Positions 20,385 through 30,584 of a DNA stretch of 64,000 bases are shown here, one piece after another. The notes below the pieces were generated by a model. The model saw only the letters and a list, made by a program, of their open reading frames with translations. It did not search any database and was not told where the DNA came from. The number at the start of each line of letters is the position of its first letter. Position 1 is the first letter of the stretch. Source of the stretch: a virus; the UHGV virus genome UHGV-0020019, one strand, 5' to 3'. A program made the position numbers and the translations under genes.

Positions 20385-20888
20385 TTATTCTGTTTTTATT
20401 GAAGCAATATCTTGTAATTGCCTAATAATCTCAATAGCTTGAAGAAGTTGCTTTTTTGTATAAATTTCAAAGTAAATACTATTAGGATAATTATCTTCAA
20501 GGTATTTTCTAAATAGTTTTTTCTTTATGTAAAACACATCATTTTCCAAGCCTTTAGCTTCTATTACAATAAGATATCCTTTGTGAATAAAGATAAAGTC
20601 AGGAGTATAAGTAATATCAATTATTTTTTTATTCTCCAGCTTTAACATTCTTGTAGTGTTATCCTTATTATAAAAAGGTACTACAGGTCTAAAGCCTTTC
20701 CAAATAGTAAATTTAGTAGGTTCGTATTGAACAGAAAAATTATTCTCCCTTAGAGTTTGATATACCATTTTTTCAAGTCTACTTTTAAATTGTATTCCAT
20801 TAAACTCTAAGGGAGAAGCATTTCTAATTTTTTTGTTCTGTCCTTTTTTAGCTTTTACTTTCTTACTTTTTGATGAGTTCCTCTGCAT
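20385..20888 (-). CDS. VRR-NUC-type PD-(D/E)xK nuclease with a basic N-terminal tail
   Basis: TPDFIFIHKGYLIVIEAKG (PD...ExK) and lysine-rich N-terminus KSKKVKAKKGQNKK. Confidence 0.5.
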   Translation of the reverse strand: MQRNSSKSKKVKAKKGQNKKIRNASPLEFNGIQFKSRLEKMVYQTLRENNFSVQYEPTKFTIWKGFRPVVPFYNKDNTTRMLKLENKKIIDITYTPDFIFIHKGYLIVIEAKGLENDVFYIKKKLFRKYLEDNYPNSIYFEIYTKKQLLQAIEIIRQLQDIASIKTE

Positions 20889-21241
20889 TGCTTTTTACTC
20901 TTGTTTATCTCAGTAAGTAATTCTAATGCCTTTGTTAGAAGTTCAATTTGTTCTTCCAGTTTATCTACTCTAAGCTCAAGTTTTTCATTTGCCTCGATTA
21001 TTTCTTTCACCAAATTATTCAGTGCATCATTATCCAGTGAATCCAGAGGTTTTTCATCTTTAACTTCTTTCTCTACAATAACACCTTCTTCAAGAAAAAT
21101 AGGAACTAACTCTGGTATGAACTTACACTCAAGATGGTGGTGCTTTATATGACCATTCTTCATATCATGAGACAAGTCCAATACTATCATGTCTCCAAAC
21201 TTTAACTCTTCAGCAGTCTCCTGCATAAAATACTTCTTCAT
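20855..21241 (-). CDS. Hypothetical coiled-coil protein, 128 aa
   Basis: ORF-track ORF; heptad-like C-terminal half. Confidence 0.4.
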   Translation of the reverse strand: MKKYFMQETAEELKFGDMIVLDLSHDMKNGHIKHHHLECKFIPELVPIFLEEGVIVEKEVKDEKPLDSLDNDALNNLVKEIIEANEKLELRVDKLEEQIELLTKALELLTEINKSKKQCRGTHQKVRK

Positions 21242-21252
21242 TTTCTTTTTAT

Positions 21253-21942
21253 TTAAAAATTATACTCTTTATACCATTCTACACCATAACCATAGTGACC
21301 TTTGAGAATATCATTTATCTGATACCATAGGTCAGAAGGCATCTTGGTGTGTGTTCTTGCATACCACGAAGGGTGCTTTATCTTGATAATATGGTTATAC
21401 TTTGAATTGATGTAAGATTCAAAGCTCTGAGCTTCAGAACCCATCAGTATATAGACAATACCACTGTCATAGTTAGAGAGATTAGTGAGAAAGGATTTAA
21501 TGAAAGGTCTCCACATAAGAGCATGAGAACCTATTTTACCTGCCTGACAGGAGAGTGCTGAATTTAACAACAGCACTCCCTGAGCTTCCCACTTCTCCAA
21601 ACTGGGGTCAAAGATAATATTTCCATGTGGGCGAGTGAAGTCAATAACTGACTCCATAAGAACATCTAAGGACTGTGAATAATTACATTCAAGAGTATCA
21701 TTAGAGTTTCCAAAGGCTATTCCTGTGGCTGTAGGCTTTCCATTCTTTATATCTGGGTAAGGGTCTTGACCTATAATGACAGTCTTCAAGTCATGCAATG
21801 AGCAGAGTGTAAAGGCTTTGAATATATCCTTTACCTTAGGACATATTACTTGTTTTGAATCTATCAATCTCTTGATTATTCTTTCAGCCTCTACTATGTC
21901 TACAACCTTACACCAATCTCCAAAATATTCCTGTATAGTCAT
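21253..21942 (-). CDS. Uracil-DNA glycosylase superfamily protein (divergent UNG-like)
   Basis: VIIGQDPYPD (cf. GQDPYH), GIAFGNS (cf. GLAFSV), HPSWYAR (cf. HPSPLS). Confidence 0.55.
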   Translation of the reverse strand: MTIQEYFGDWCKVVDIVEAERIIKRLIDSKQVICPKVKDIFKAFTLCSLHDLKTVIIGQDPYPDIKNGKPTATGIAFGNSNDTLECNYSQSLDVLMESVIDFTRPHGNIIFDPSLEKWEAQGVLLLNSALSCQAGKIGSHALMWRPFIKSFLTNLSNYDSGIVYILMGSEAQSFESYINSKYNHIIKIKHPSWYARTHTKMPSDLWYQINDILKGHYGYGVEWYKEYNF

Positions 21943-22694
21943 TCTATCACTTCATCTATATAGTTTAATACAGTACCAACTAACTCTTCATTGGTAGTAG
22001 AGATAGATGGAACATCAGTTTCTTTTATGACAAAAGGACAGTCTTCTACTAATACCTTTGCCTTCAAATTACAATCACCATTATTAGTCTCATATATTTT
22101 ACTTCTATAGATAGGAGAATAAATACGAGTTAATGACAAAGTTGTAGGAATAAGTTTATTAATAATAAATCGTTCTACAGTATTGCTTTTGTTTATAAAT
22201 ACTTCTGGAGCTACCCTAAGTATAGGTTTGATAAACTTATATCTAAAAGGATTCTGCTCATCATCCCTATATATCTTCTTTAATTCCCATGAGAGCATAA
22301 CTACAGGCTTGAAGTTTTCATCAAAGATTGCTCCATAAGTTCCATAATAGGTTTTTACAGGGTTACTTACAGTAATGAGTTTTCTTAAACGAGCACTTTT
22401 ATATGATGTTATACAAGCATCTCTAAAACAAGCCTCTACAGATTTATATGAAGTATAACTTCCTGTATTCTCCAAGTTTATTACTATTGCATCTATAGGT
22501 TTTTTATTTAGAATTTTTTCTGCTACTGTAGAAAGAGAATACATAGCCATTGTTGGAATTTCAATATTATCTCCTGTTACAGGGATTAGCATGTAAGAAG
22601 ATTTGCTTGTAAAACTTATTCCTCGATTTTGACTATAACTAGGAGAATCGAAGGCTTCAAAACAATAAGAAATTGTTGCTTTTAAATCTCTCAT
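21939..22694 (-). CDS. Hypothetical protein, 251 aa
   Basis: ORF-track ORF. Confidence 0.45.
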   Translation of the reverse strand: MRDLKATISYCFEAFDSPSYSQNRGISFTSKSSYMLIPVTGDNIEIPTMAMYSLSTVAEKILNKKPIDAIVINLENTGSYTSYKSVEACFRDACITSYKSARLRKLITVSNPVKTYYGTYGAIFDENFKPVVMLSWELKKIYRDDEQNPFRYKFIKPILRVAPEVFINKSNTVERFIINKLIPTTLSLTRIYSPIYRSKIYETNNGDCNLKAKVLVEDCPFVIKETDVPSISTTNEELVGTVLNYIDEVIE

Positions 22695-23785
22695 TAGCTT
22701 TCAGTTTTAAATATCATATTCTGTGCATCATACTCTGTAAAGAAAGGCAAATCATAAGGAATGATTGGATTTAAAGTGTTAGCTATGAAGTTCGTAAAGA
22801 GATTAACCATTAGGGAGCCAATCATGCAAGCAAGATATGTAGTTTGCTTCATAGAACATACTGTAGCATCAGCCATAGAATCAGAGAATAAAAATTCTTT
22901 CTTATACCTATCAATATTATACTGATCATCTCCTGTAATACAGAGTATCTGTAAGGTGTCAATACTTAATCTACCATCGAGATATAAGCATTTTTTTCTT
23001 TCTTCTTCTGTCTTATCTTTAATATGACCAACCCAAGAACTAAAGAATGTAGCTCTTGCTCTCATGTTATCAAAGCCACAAATCATAATATCCCCAGGCT
23101 CCATATCTGATGTAAATTTACTTTGAACAGTCCATACTTGCCTCATAGAAGTATAGTTATAAATCATATCAGCTATTGCATTTACCTTAGATTTACCTAT
23201 ATCATTAATGCTAAATAACTGACCAGCCATATTTACCATCTCTACAATATCATCATCATATAGAGTAAGATTTGCAGGAATCATTCTTGCTAACTGGAAA
23301 GCTACATTACTACCAATACCTCCAATGCCTGCAACAATGATTCTTGCTTTCTGTATTTCATTAAACCATTCTGCACCAGAAAATCTAGTAGTAGATTCAT
23401 CAATGAGAAGAGTAGGGGAGTTAAGGGGAATCTTTGCATCATCAGGAATACTATTCTCTGTAATAGCTGTAGATTCTTCCTGAGGCTCTTCTTCTTGTAT
23501 TGTTACTACAGTTTCAGCATCTCTTTCTTGGGCAATATCTACAGCAACATTCTCTGTATCAATATCATTTCTTTCTCTTTGATTTTCATCATAGGTTTCT
23601 TCTCCCTCTGATTCTTCAGAGAGACCATTATCTTCTATAATTTCATCAAGTTCTTCATTAGAAAGAGATAGGTTTGTCTCTTCTTCTGAATCAGACTCTT
23701 GAGGAGAATTATTAGCATTCTCTTGAGTTATTCCTATATTTAAATCTTGGAGAATACCATCAATATTATTCATATTTATATCCAT
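22694..23785 (-). CDS. E1-like / ThiF-MoeB-HesA family adenylyltransferase with an acidic low-complexity N-terminal ~130 aa
   Basis: Rossmann motif ARIIVAGIGGIGSNVAFQLARM. DDDIVEMVNMAGQLF (cf. DxDxVExSNLNRQ). Cys region ICGFDNMRAR (cf. DCTDN). Confidence 0.7.
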   Translation of the reverse strand: MDINMNNIDGILQDLNIGITQENANNSPQESDSEEETNLSLSNEELDEIIEDNGLSEESEGEETYDENQRERNDIDTENVAVDIAQERDAETVVTIQEEEPQEESTAITENSIPDDAKIPLNSPTLLIDESTTRFSGAEWFNEIQKARIIVAGIGGIGSNVAFQLARMIPANLTLYDDDIVEMVNMAGQLFSINDIGKSKVNAIADMIYNYTSMRQVWTVQSKFTSDMEPGDIMICGFDNMRARATFFSSWVGHIKDKTEEERKKCLYLDGRLSIDTLQILCITGDDQYNIDRYKKEFLFSDSMADATVCSMKQTTYLACMIGSLMVNLFTNFIANTLNPIIPYDLPFFTEYDAQNMIFKTES

Positions 23786-23787
23786 AA

Positions 23788-25029
23788 TTATTCTATAATA
23801 TTTGTAACAAGAGTTTCATTGTAAGCTTCAATAAACGGATTTACATCAATAAACTCCATAAGTTCATTACTCATAGCCTGTGCTATTCTACTTTGAATAA
23901 TTTCATAGGTTTCAAATAGAACATCAGGAACATCGGAAGTATCAAAATAATCTAATGTATATTGAATGATGAAGTCTTTCCACTCACTGAAAGCACCGCA
24001 GGAATCATGTTCACATTCATAGATACTTGATTCTCCAAATATCTTTATATAAACATTCTTCATGTGCTTAGTAATCCATTGCTTGAGGTCAAACTTATCA
24101 GGATTAATAATCAGGTTACATGTAATCATGTGGACTACAGCAGCATGAATCTTCTTAGGGTCTGGCTGCCAATCGTCAATATCAGTTGGATTGAATATGT
24201 GGTCATCTTTATAAGTGTACTTCGGAGCTTCTTTGTAAGAAGTATCCCCAAAGAGATTTTGTTCCTTAGGTACTGGCTTATAGTTCATCCAATCAAAGAA
24301 ATGACCTGTAGGAGCTATATTAGATGAATCATAATTATCTTTTTTTTCAATTGCTTTCTTTTTGGTAATCTCATCAAATCTAGCATCGAGATATTCTAAA
24401 GTATTAGGTACTTCATGCCTTTCTACTTCAAGGTCAAAGTATTCAATGACTTCTTTTTCTACAACTTTAGTAGTTTCTGTACTATCATGCTCCAGTTCTT
24501 TAGAACCTTCACCAAAGAACTCATAAGATGTACCTAACTTTTTGACTGTTACTTCTGATTTAGTCTGCACTTTTCTTGTAATGGCTGCATAGTATTTTCC
24601 TGCATTATTTACAATAAGAGATACAAAACAGTTCCTTTCATTGCCTTCTTCTTTCAATGTGTTTAAATCTGTACCACTCGGCTGAGTTGACATCTGATGA
24701 TGTGAATGAATTAACTGCAAATCACAGTCAAACAGCTCTATATTTTCAGACATATAAGCAGCTACGTCTTCACTCATCTTAAACTCAGTAAAAGTAGCAT
24801 TGCCTAAATCCATAGGATAAATATCCTTGCATGTGATTACTAAGTCATTGTTCTCAAAGGAGCCTTGATGGGTTACAAACAATACCCCAGACCATTCTGT
24901 AGTAGGGAATTTTCTGAGTAGATATCTAATTTTCTCTTCTACATTCTCAGGAACAATGAGTTTATAGGTAGATGACCCTTTCACAAGTAGGGGTAACTTC
25001 TTGGTTTCTTCTGTTTTTATTGTATTCAT
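23788..25029 (-). CDS. JAB/MPN+ (JAMM) metalloprotease domain protein with a ~250-aa C-terminal extension
   Basis: Exact JAMM motif HxHx7Sx2D: HSHHQMSTQPSGTD; upstream PTTEWSGVLF glutamate. Confidence 0.65.
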   Translation of the reverse strand: MNTIKTEETKKLPLLVKGSSTYKLIVPENVEEKIRYLLRKFPTTEWSGVLFVTHQGSFENNDLVITCKDIYPMDLGNATFTEFKMSEDVAAYMSENIELFDCDLQLIHSHHQMSTQPSGTDLNTLKEEGNERNCFVSLIVNNAGKYYAAITRKVQTKSEVTVKKLGTSYEFFGEGSKELEHDSTETTKVVEKEVIEYFDLEVERHEVPNTLEYLDARFDEITKKKAIEKKDNYDSSNIAPTGHFFDWMNYKPVPKEQNLFGDTSYKEAPKYTYKDDHIFNPTDIDDWQPDPKKIHAAVVHMITCNLIINPDKFDLKQWITKHMKNVYIKIFGESSIYECEHDSCGAFSEWKDFIIQYTLDYFDTSDVPDVLFETYEIIQSRIAQAMSNELMEFIDVNPFIEAYNETLVTNIIE

Positions 25030-26209
25030 TTTTGTATCTGAAATTAATTGTTCTAAGAATTTTTTGCAGTATGTACATTGCTAAATGACTACTAATAACA
25101 GTAGTTAGTGTTGATTCATTATTTTGTTCATTATCAATAATGGTAGTACGTATTTCCTTACCTTTGAATGTTAGTACCAGTTTATTTTGATAATTATTAA
25201 GATTGTTAACATAGGAGGTACTATCTCCATCTTCCGTATAAAATTTTCCGTTAGCAACCACAACTTGTCTTAATAAACCCCTTGTAAAGCAATTATTTAA
25301 ATTTTGAGCAGTAGTGCTGAAGTATTTATTATAGAAGTCAATAAATGAGTTGCTAATATCAATAATATATTCATAATAAGGCATTCCCCAAGTGAATGTA
25401 TTATTTATATATCTTAATGATAGATGACCATATTTTAAGTAATACTGAATAAATTCTTCTAAGTTGTTATTTGTAAATAGAGAAAGAAATTCCATATTAC
25501 TTGCATGGCTAAAGTTATAACCTATATATGAAGGAATTTGAGATTTATTTCCTATAGTTTCCATTCTGTGGTATGGACCACCTGAGATTGATTCTACAGT
25601 TACATACATGCTAAGTTCCTGGCAAAATAGCATCCAAGTAGCTTCATCATACTCATTATTCAATGTTCCAATAGTACTACGTATAGGACCCCTACCTAAA
25701 CATGGACTTTGAAATTTTGTGAAGTCATTCTTTGGAATTACATTAATGTGGCTATGCATGTAATTACTCATGAATTGTTCTCTTGTATAAGTAGCTCTAT
25801 TAAGTCTAAAGCCATGGCACTCATAAGGAATTGTACCATCACCCTGAATTTCAATCTTAGCATAAAGGTCTTTGATATTTACTGATTTATCATATTCATT
25901 AGAAATAGTTACTTGTGGCCACCATACATAGATAATGAATCTTTCATCTTCAGCTATATTTTTCAGTCCTGCTAATTGCTCTGCTGAAACTTCAAAATGC
26001 AGATTAAAGTCTTCTTCTTTATTTCCATTTGTAATATAGGCTTCATCACAAATCTTTGCAAATAAATATTCTTTGAATGATGATAATTCTCTTCCTTGTT
26101 GAGTCTGTATATCTACAAAATCTTCACCAAAGAATCCCTTGAATATATCATAGATACTTAAAGGTTTTTCAAAGAGATGCTGATATAATTGATTTACTGT
26201 ATATTCCAT
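24962..26209 (-). CDS. Hypothetical protein, 415 aa
   Basis: ORF-track ORF. Confidence 0.45.
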   Translation of the reverse strand: MEYTVNQLYQHLFEKPLSIYDIFKGFFGEDFVDIQTQQGRELSSFKEYLFAKICDEAYITNGNKEEDFNLHFEVSAEQLAGLKNIAEDERFIIYVWWPQVTISNEYDKSVNIKDLYAKIEIQGDGTIPYECHGFRLNRATYTREQFMSNYMHSHINVIPKNDFTKFQSPCLGRGPIRSTIGTLNNEYDEATWMLFCQELSMYVTVESISGGPYHRMETIGNKSQIPSYIGYNFSHASNMEFLSLFTNNNLEEFIQYYLKYGHLSLRYINNTFTWGMPYYEYIIDISNSFIDFYNKYFSTTAQNLNNCFTRGLLRQVVVANGKFYTEDGDSTSYVNNLNNYQNKLVLTFKGKEIRTTIIDNEQNNESTLTTVISSHLAMYILQKILRTINFRYKNEYNKNRRNQEVTPTCERVIYL

Positions 26210-26296
26210 AACTTTACTTTAGTTAATTGAAAAAATAAAGGGAGCAGAGACTTATTCTCCACTCCCTAATACAATTAAATGGCAAACAGTTATGTG

Positions 26297-27157
26297 TTAT
26301 ACTCCAAGTTCATCAATCATATCATCAATATCATTATCTGTGATACTGCCATCAGAAGTACTTACTGAAGGCTTTGGTGCTGTTTTCACTTTAGATGTAC
26401 CTTTCTCCTTCTTAGCAACCTTAATGAGATAATCAATATCATCCTTCAAGTCTTCAAGGTCTTCTACAGAGAGTACATCATTATTTACCAACATGGCAAT
26501 ATGAGCATACAAGGAATCTTCTGGAGTATTTATATCTAGATCTGTAATGATGTCTTCAATATAGTTTGGAAGATTCTCATCCATTTCCTCCTCTTCTTCA
26601 TCTTTAAGTTCATCAGCTACAGTATCTTCATCTTCTACCTCTGTAGGCTCTTCATTAAGTGTTTTAGTTATTTCTGAAACAACCCCATTCTGAGCAATGA
26701 ATACCAGCAAATCACTAGTAGGAACCTGTGTAAAGTTCCTACCAAACTCTTCTTTTACTGCATCTTGAAGATTATTATCCTTAATAGCCTGATATGCTTC
26801 CTTTCTAGTCATAGTACCAGAAGAAATGTTTTTCTTGGTATTGGTAAGCAGAATAACCAAGTTATTGGTAGGTTGACCCTTATACATTACATTCTGTGGC
26901 AACTGTGTAGCATCATTGAGAAGCTGAGTTTTAGAAATACCTTCAGTAAAGGTCATATTACTATAGTCAATACCAGCAGCTCGCAAGTCTGCCTTCAATT
27001 CTCCAAGTGTTGTAGCACTGGTAGTTATCTTACTTCTCTTCTGAGTTTTTGTATTTGCGATCAAAATTTCTCTTTCCATAATCTTTGTTTTGTTAATTGA
27101 ATAATTGTTGTAATTGTTTGAATTGTGTTTTGTCTTCCAAGGCTTTATAGTGGTCAC
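26297..27157 (-). CDS. Hypothetical protein with an acidic C-terminal region, 286 aa
   Basis: ORF-track ORF; DEDTVADELKDEEEEEMDE stretch. Confidence 0.45.
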   Translation of the reverse strand: MTTIKPWKTKHNSNNYNNYSINKTKIMEREILIANTKTQKRSKITTSATTLGELKADLRAAGIDYSNMTFTEGISKTQLLNDATQLPQNVMYKGQPTNNLVILLTNTKKNISSGTMTRKEAYQAIKDNNLQDAVKEEFGRNFTQVPTSDLLVFIAQNGVVSEITKTLNEEPTEVEDEDTVADELKDEEEEEMDENLPNYIEDIITDLDINTPEDSLYAHIAMLVNNDVLSVEDLEDLKDDIDYLIKVAKKEKGTSKVKTAPKPSVSTSDGSITDNDIDDMIDELGV

Positions 27158-28097
27158 TAAAGTCTTTCTGACTACCTAGATTTGGAATAATATTAGTAAA
27201 GCCAGTACGCTTAGCTAACTTTTCTCCATCTATTCTGCCTGCTTCGTCAGTATCAAAACTGATAAATATTTTCTTGTATCTCCTTTTTAGTTCATTAATG
27301 GCAGTATCAGACATAGAGTATCCTTCGCCCTGTAGACAAATGGTAGGTATATGTAACTGACAAGAGATAACCAATGCATCCTTTAATGAAGAACAAATTA
27401 CAACTCTATCACCATATTCAGGAATCTTTGTCCATAATCCTATAACAGATGCATCCATCTTGGAATACCATTTATAGCCTTTAGTATTATAGGGTTGATA
27501 TAACTTTAGTTGTAGTTGTTCTTCCTTTCTTTCTACATAACAATAAGCATATTTATCTGTAGGGAAAATATACTGTTTACTCTTACCAGTTACTGAATCC
27601 TTTTTAGTAATAATCTTATAGGAGACAGGATATATTTCTGCATACTTTAGCCATTGCTTTGAGATGCCATAAGATGCCCAGTACTCATAATCATACTCTC
27701 TCCAAGGTCTGACCTTAACCTCTAACTTAGTGAGTCGGTTAGCCTCCTTTCTTGTGAGAGTCTTTATCTGCTTGGGCTTAATTGTTACATTGTCATCCTT
27801 AATCATTAACTTACAGATTTTATCCAAAGCCTGATTAAAAGTACAGTTCCAATACTCACATAGTAAATCAATCAATCCTCCTTGAACATTAGTATCTCCA
27901 AAGTCCTTATACATGATATGGTTAGTATTGCTCATATAAATGCTGAAGGATGGGTGATTGTCAGTTCTTAAAGGAGAGTTGATTACACAAGGGATTTCAG
28001 TAATTTCTGGAAACACAGTACATAATACCTGTGTTTCACTGAATTTACTAAATATCTCTGTCTTAGATATACTGGAAGAAGTTTTACCTACTACCAT
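27093..28097 (-). CDS. DnaG-like DNA primase (zinc-binding region plus TOPRIM)
   Basis: NHPSFSIY region (cf. CPFHxEKTPSF); TOPRIM LQGEGY ... FDTDEAGR. Confidence 0.55.
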   Translation of the reverse strand: MVVGKTSSSISKTEIFSKFSETQVLCTVFPEITEIPCVINSPLRTDNHPSFSIYMSNTNHIMYKDFGDTNVQGGLIDLLCEYWNCTFNQALDKICKLMIKDDNVTIKPKQIKTLTRKEANRLTKLEVKVRPWREYDYEYWASYGISKQWLKYAEIYPVSYKIITKKDSVTGKSKQYIFPTDKYAYCYVERKEEQLQLKLYQPYNTKGYKWYSKMDASVIGLWTKIPEYGDRVVICSSLKDALVISCQLHIPTICLQGEGYSMSDTAINELKRRYKKIFISFDTDEAGRIDGEKLAKRTGFTNIIPNLGSQKDFSDHYKALEDKTQFKQLQQLFN

Positions 28098-28132
28098 AAG
28101 ATTATTACTTTAAAAGGGTTAATTTTAGGGTT

Positions 28133-29050
28133 TTAGTCCCAAGGCATATCACCACTACCAGAAGCAGTACCTGTTTCTACTGGTGCAGCATTGAGATTAG
28201 TTGCCTGTACATTATACTCTGTAAGTTCCTGTACTGCAAACTCTGTTGAAGCATAAGAACCATTATCCTTAGCATTGGCAAGGTCTTTCTCCAAGCGTGC
28301 AAGAGCCTTAGAGCCTGCATAGTTAGGAAGAATCATACCATTACGTGTAGCAATAGCCTGATACTGCTTACCATCATCTGTAGTACGTACACCATAGAGA
28401 AGCTTTACCTTATTGTTAGGCTGAAGAGCAATAGCCTCCTTAATCTCTGAGAAGTCACCCTTGAAGTAGTCCTTGATATGCTCAAGACCAAATACAAAGT
28501 CATCAGTATTCTCCTTCAATACCCAAGAACCATTAACATAGTTAAAGGCATCACCTACACAGAGATAAGGCTTCAAGAAGCCAATAAGGTCTGCTTCACC
28601 TACACAAGCTATACGATAGTCAGGAGCAATCTTTGCAGGATTTCCATTCTTAGTAAAGAGAGGTTTACCAGCCTTTGCATCTTCAGCATTAGCCCAAGTA
28701 GCATTGCCAAACTTATCAATAACCTGTGCTTTAGCCTGGTCTTGACTATATGCAGGAGCATTACGTAGGGTAAACATTACTCTATTAATCATTTCTACAC
28801 CATTGCAGGTATCTGGGTCTGTCTTTACAATAAATGTAATTCGTGCTTCCTTGCCATTATCAGTATCTACAACATACTCTGGATCATTAGCAATCTCATG
28901 ACCATAGATGTCTTCAAGTTCCTTCTTTGTAGGATTTACTGCTACTACAAAAGAAGAACCTACACCTACATACTTCTTGAACTCCTGAGCTTCTTTTGAC
29001 TCCTGTGTCTTGCCAATAGCAAGGAAACTGTAACTATTATTAATCATCAT
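28133..29050 (-). CDS. Hypothetical protein, 305 aa (possibly ssDNA-binding or annealing; unassigned)
   Basis: Position next to Sak4 and primase; ends GSGDMPWD; no confident motif. Confidence 0.4.
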   Translation of the reverse strand: MMINNSYSFLAIGKTQESKEAQEFKKYVGVGSSFVVAVNPTKKELEDIYGHEIANDPEYVVDTDNGKEARITFIVKTDPDTCNGVEMINRVMFTLRNAPAYSQDQAKAQVIDKFGNATWANAEDAKAGKPLFTKNGNPAKIAPDYRIACVGEADLIGFLKPYLCVGDAFNYVNGSWVLKENTDDFVFGLEHIKDYFKGDFSEIKEAIALQPNNKVKLLYGVRTTDDGKQYQAIATRNGMILPNYAGSKALARLEKDLANAKDNGSYASTEFAVQELTEYNVQATNLNAAPVETGTASGSGDMPWD

Positions 29051-29113
29051 AACTGTTTGTATTTAAAATATTGTTTATTATTATTGTTTACTATTTGTTG
29101 GTTTATACTATAA

Positions 29114-29617
29114 TTACTCAAAGATTGGTGCATCTGTAGGAATATCTTCTGTCTCTACAGCCTGTGCATCCTCATTATTTACTTCTGTGTCAGTATCAGG
29201 TTCCTCAGTTGAGGTCTCCATGTTATTCTCTTCACTTGTGGCTGTTGTTTCTTCACTTTCAGAAAAAGACTTTGATACCTCTTTTGTGTTATCATCAGGA
29301 ATGTGGATTACATACTGCTTATGCTGCTCATCATAAGAAACAATATCTGTAGGAAGATACTTTGTTGTCTTCTTAGGCTGACCATTGGCATCTACACCAG
29401 GCTCAATAACCTTCTTTACAAGTTCCTCTACACGGAAACCTATTACCTGCTTAATGCCTGTTTCCAATGAAGCAATCTGAGTATCATAGTCCTTAAATTC
29501 TTTAGCAAGAGCTTCAATTTTTACTTTGATTTTCTCACGCTTTACCATAAGTGGATTACAAGCCTGTGCTACACGTTTAACTGACTGAAACTGATCAAAT
29601 GAAATTCTTTTTTCCAT
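29114..29617 (-). CDS. Hypothetical protein with an acidic tail ending DIPTDAPIFE (SSB-tail-like)
   Basis: ORF-track ORF; acidic C-terminus. Confidence 0.4.
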   Translation of the reverse strand: MEKRISFDQFQSVKRVAQACNPLMVKREKIKVKIEALAKEFKDYDTQIASLETGIKQVIGFRVEELVKKVIEPGVDANGQPKKTTKYLPTDIVSYDEQHKQYVIHIPDDNTKEVSKSFSESEETTATSEENNMETSTEEPDTDTEVNNEDAQAVETEDIPTDAPIFE

Positions 29618-29663
29618 TGTTTTTGATTTTTAAATTGTTATTTATGAATTGAATGTTTATTGT

Positions 29664-30482
29664 TTAATTTGCTGTATCAAGGAAAATTTGACTCATATCT
29701 ACCTTGATATTACCTTTATCATCAGATTCTGCAACCTGAAATACCTTTTCTCTAAGATGTAATGGTCTTGAACCCCTAATGGCATTATCTCCTCCAACAA
29801 AAGAAATTAGAGTTTTATTATCTTTTCGGTAAACATAACCAATAGCATCTGCTTCACCACAGACAATATCTCCTGTCTTTCCTGCAAGATCTACAGCCAT
29901 TTCTGTTGTTTCTTCATCATTCTTCTTAATTTGCTTATCCTTAACATGACATACAAGAATAAGTGTGTCACATAAAGGCTTGAACATATTGATCATCTCC
30001 TTAAGTGCAGAACGAAGATATGTATAGCCTGCTCCATTAGGTAATTGGCGTACATCTGCCTTAGGATCAACTACCTTATTACCAGCTTTGTCTTTAAGGA
30101 TATTACCAATCTTATCTTTCTTATATCCATAATTTGCACCCATAGGTGTTTTACGGTACAAAGCTGCTGCATAGACTAATGACATTTCTTCCAGCCTAGT
30201 TGCATTATCAATAGTTATAAAACGGTAGAATGGTTTCCCATTATTTTCTTCATTCTTCTGTGCAATAAGATTCTTGATTTCAAAGATGTCATTGACACTT
30301 CTTGCCTGTACTGCCATTACATCCAATGCACGATAACCATCTTCCAAATCAATGATAAGATTGTTATTAAGACTAGCCATAATAGTGCTTTTCCCATTTT
30401 TAGGCTTTCCGTAAAGGACTATCAACCTTGGGTTGTAGTCTGTAGCTTTCCTACGCTCTGTAGGTAAAACAATGTTACTCAT
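29664..30482 (-). CDS. Sak4-like RecA-fold ATPase (AAA_24 family)
   Basis: LIVLYGKPKNGKSTIMASL Walker A near the N-terminus; 272 aa, typical size. Confidence 0.6.
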   Translation of the reverse strand: MSNIVLPTERRKATDYNPRLIVLYGKPKNGKSTIMASLNNNLIIDLEDGYRALDVMAVQARSVNDIFEIKNLIAQKNEENNGKPFYRFITIDNATRLEEMSLVYAAALYRKTPMGANYGYKKDKIGNILKDKAGNKVVDPKADVRQLPNGAGYTYLRSALKEMINMFKPLCDTLILVCHVKDKQIKKNDEETTEMAVDLAGKTGDIVCGEADAIGYVYRKDNKTLISFVGGDNAIRGSRPLHLREKVFQVAESDDKGNIKVDMSQIFLDTAN

Positions 30483-30584
30483 TTTTAACTTCTACTTTTT
30501 TATTAAATTATTGGACTGCAAATATACCTATGCAAAGATGTATAGGCAATATGCTTTTAATTATACTATGAAAAATGAAAAGAA

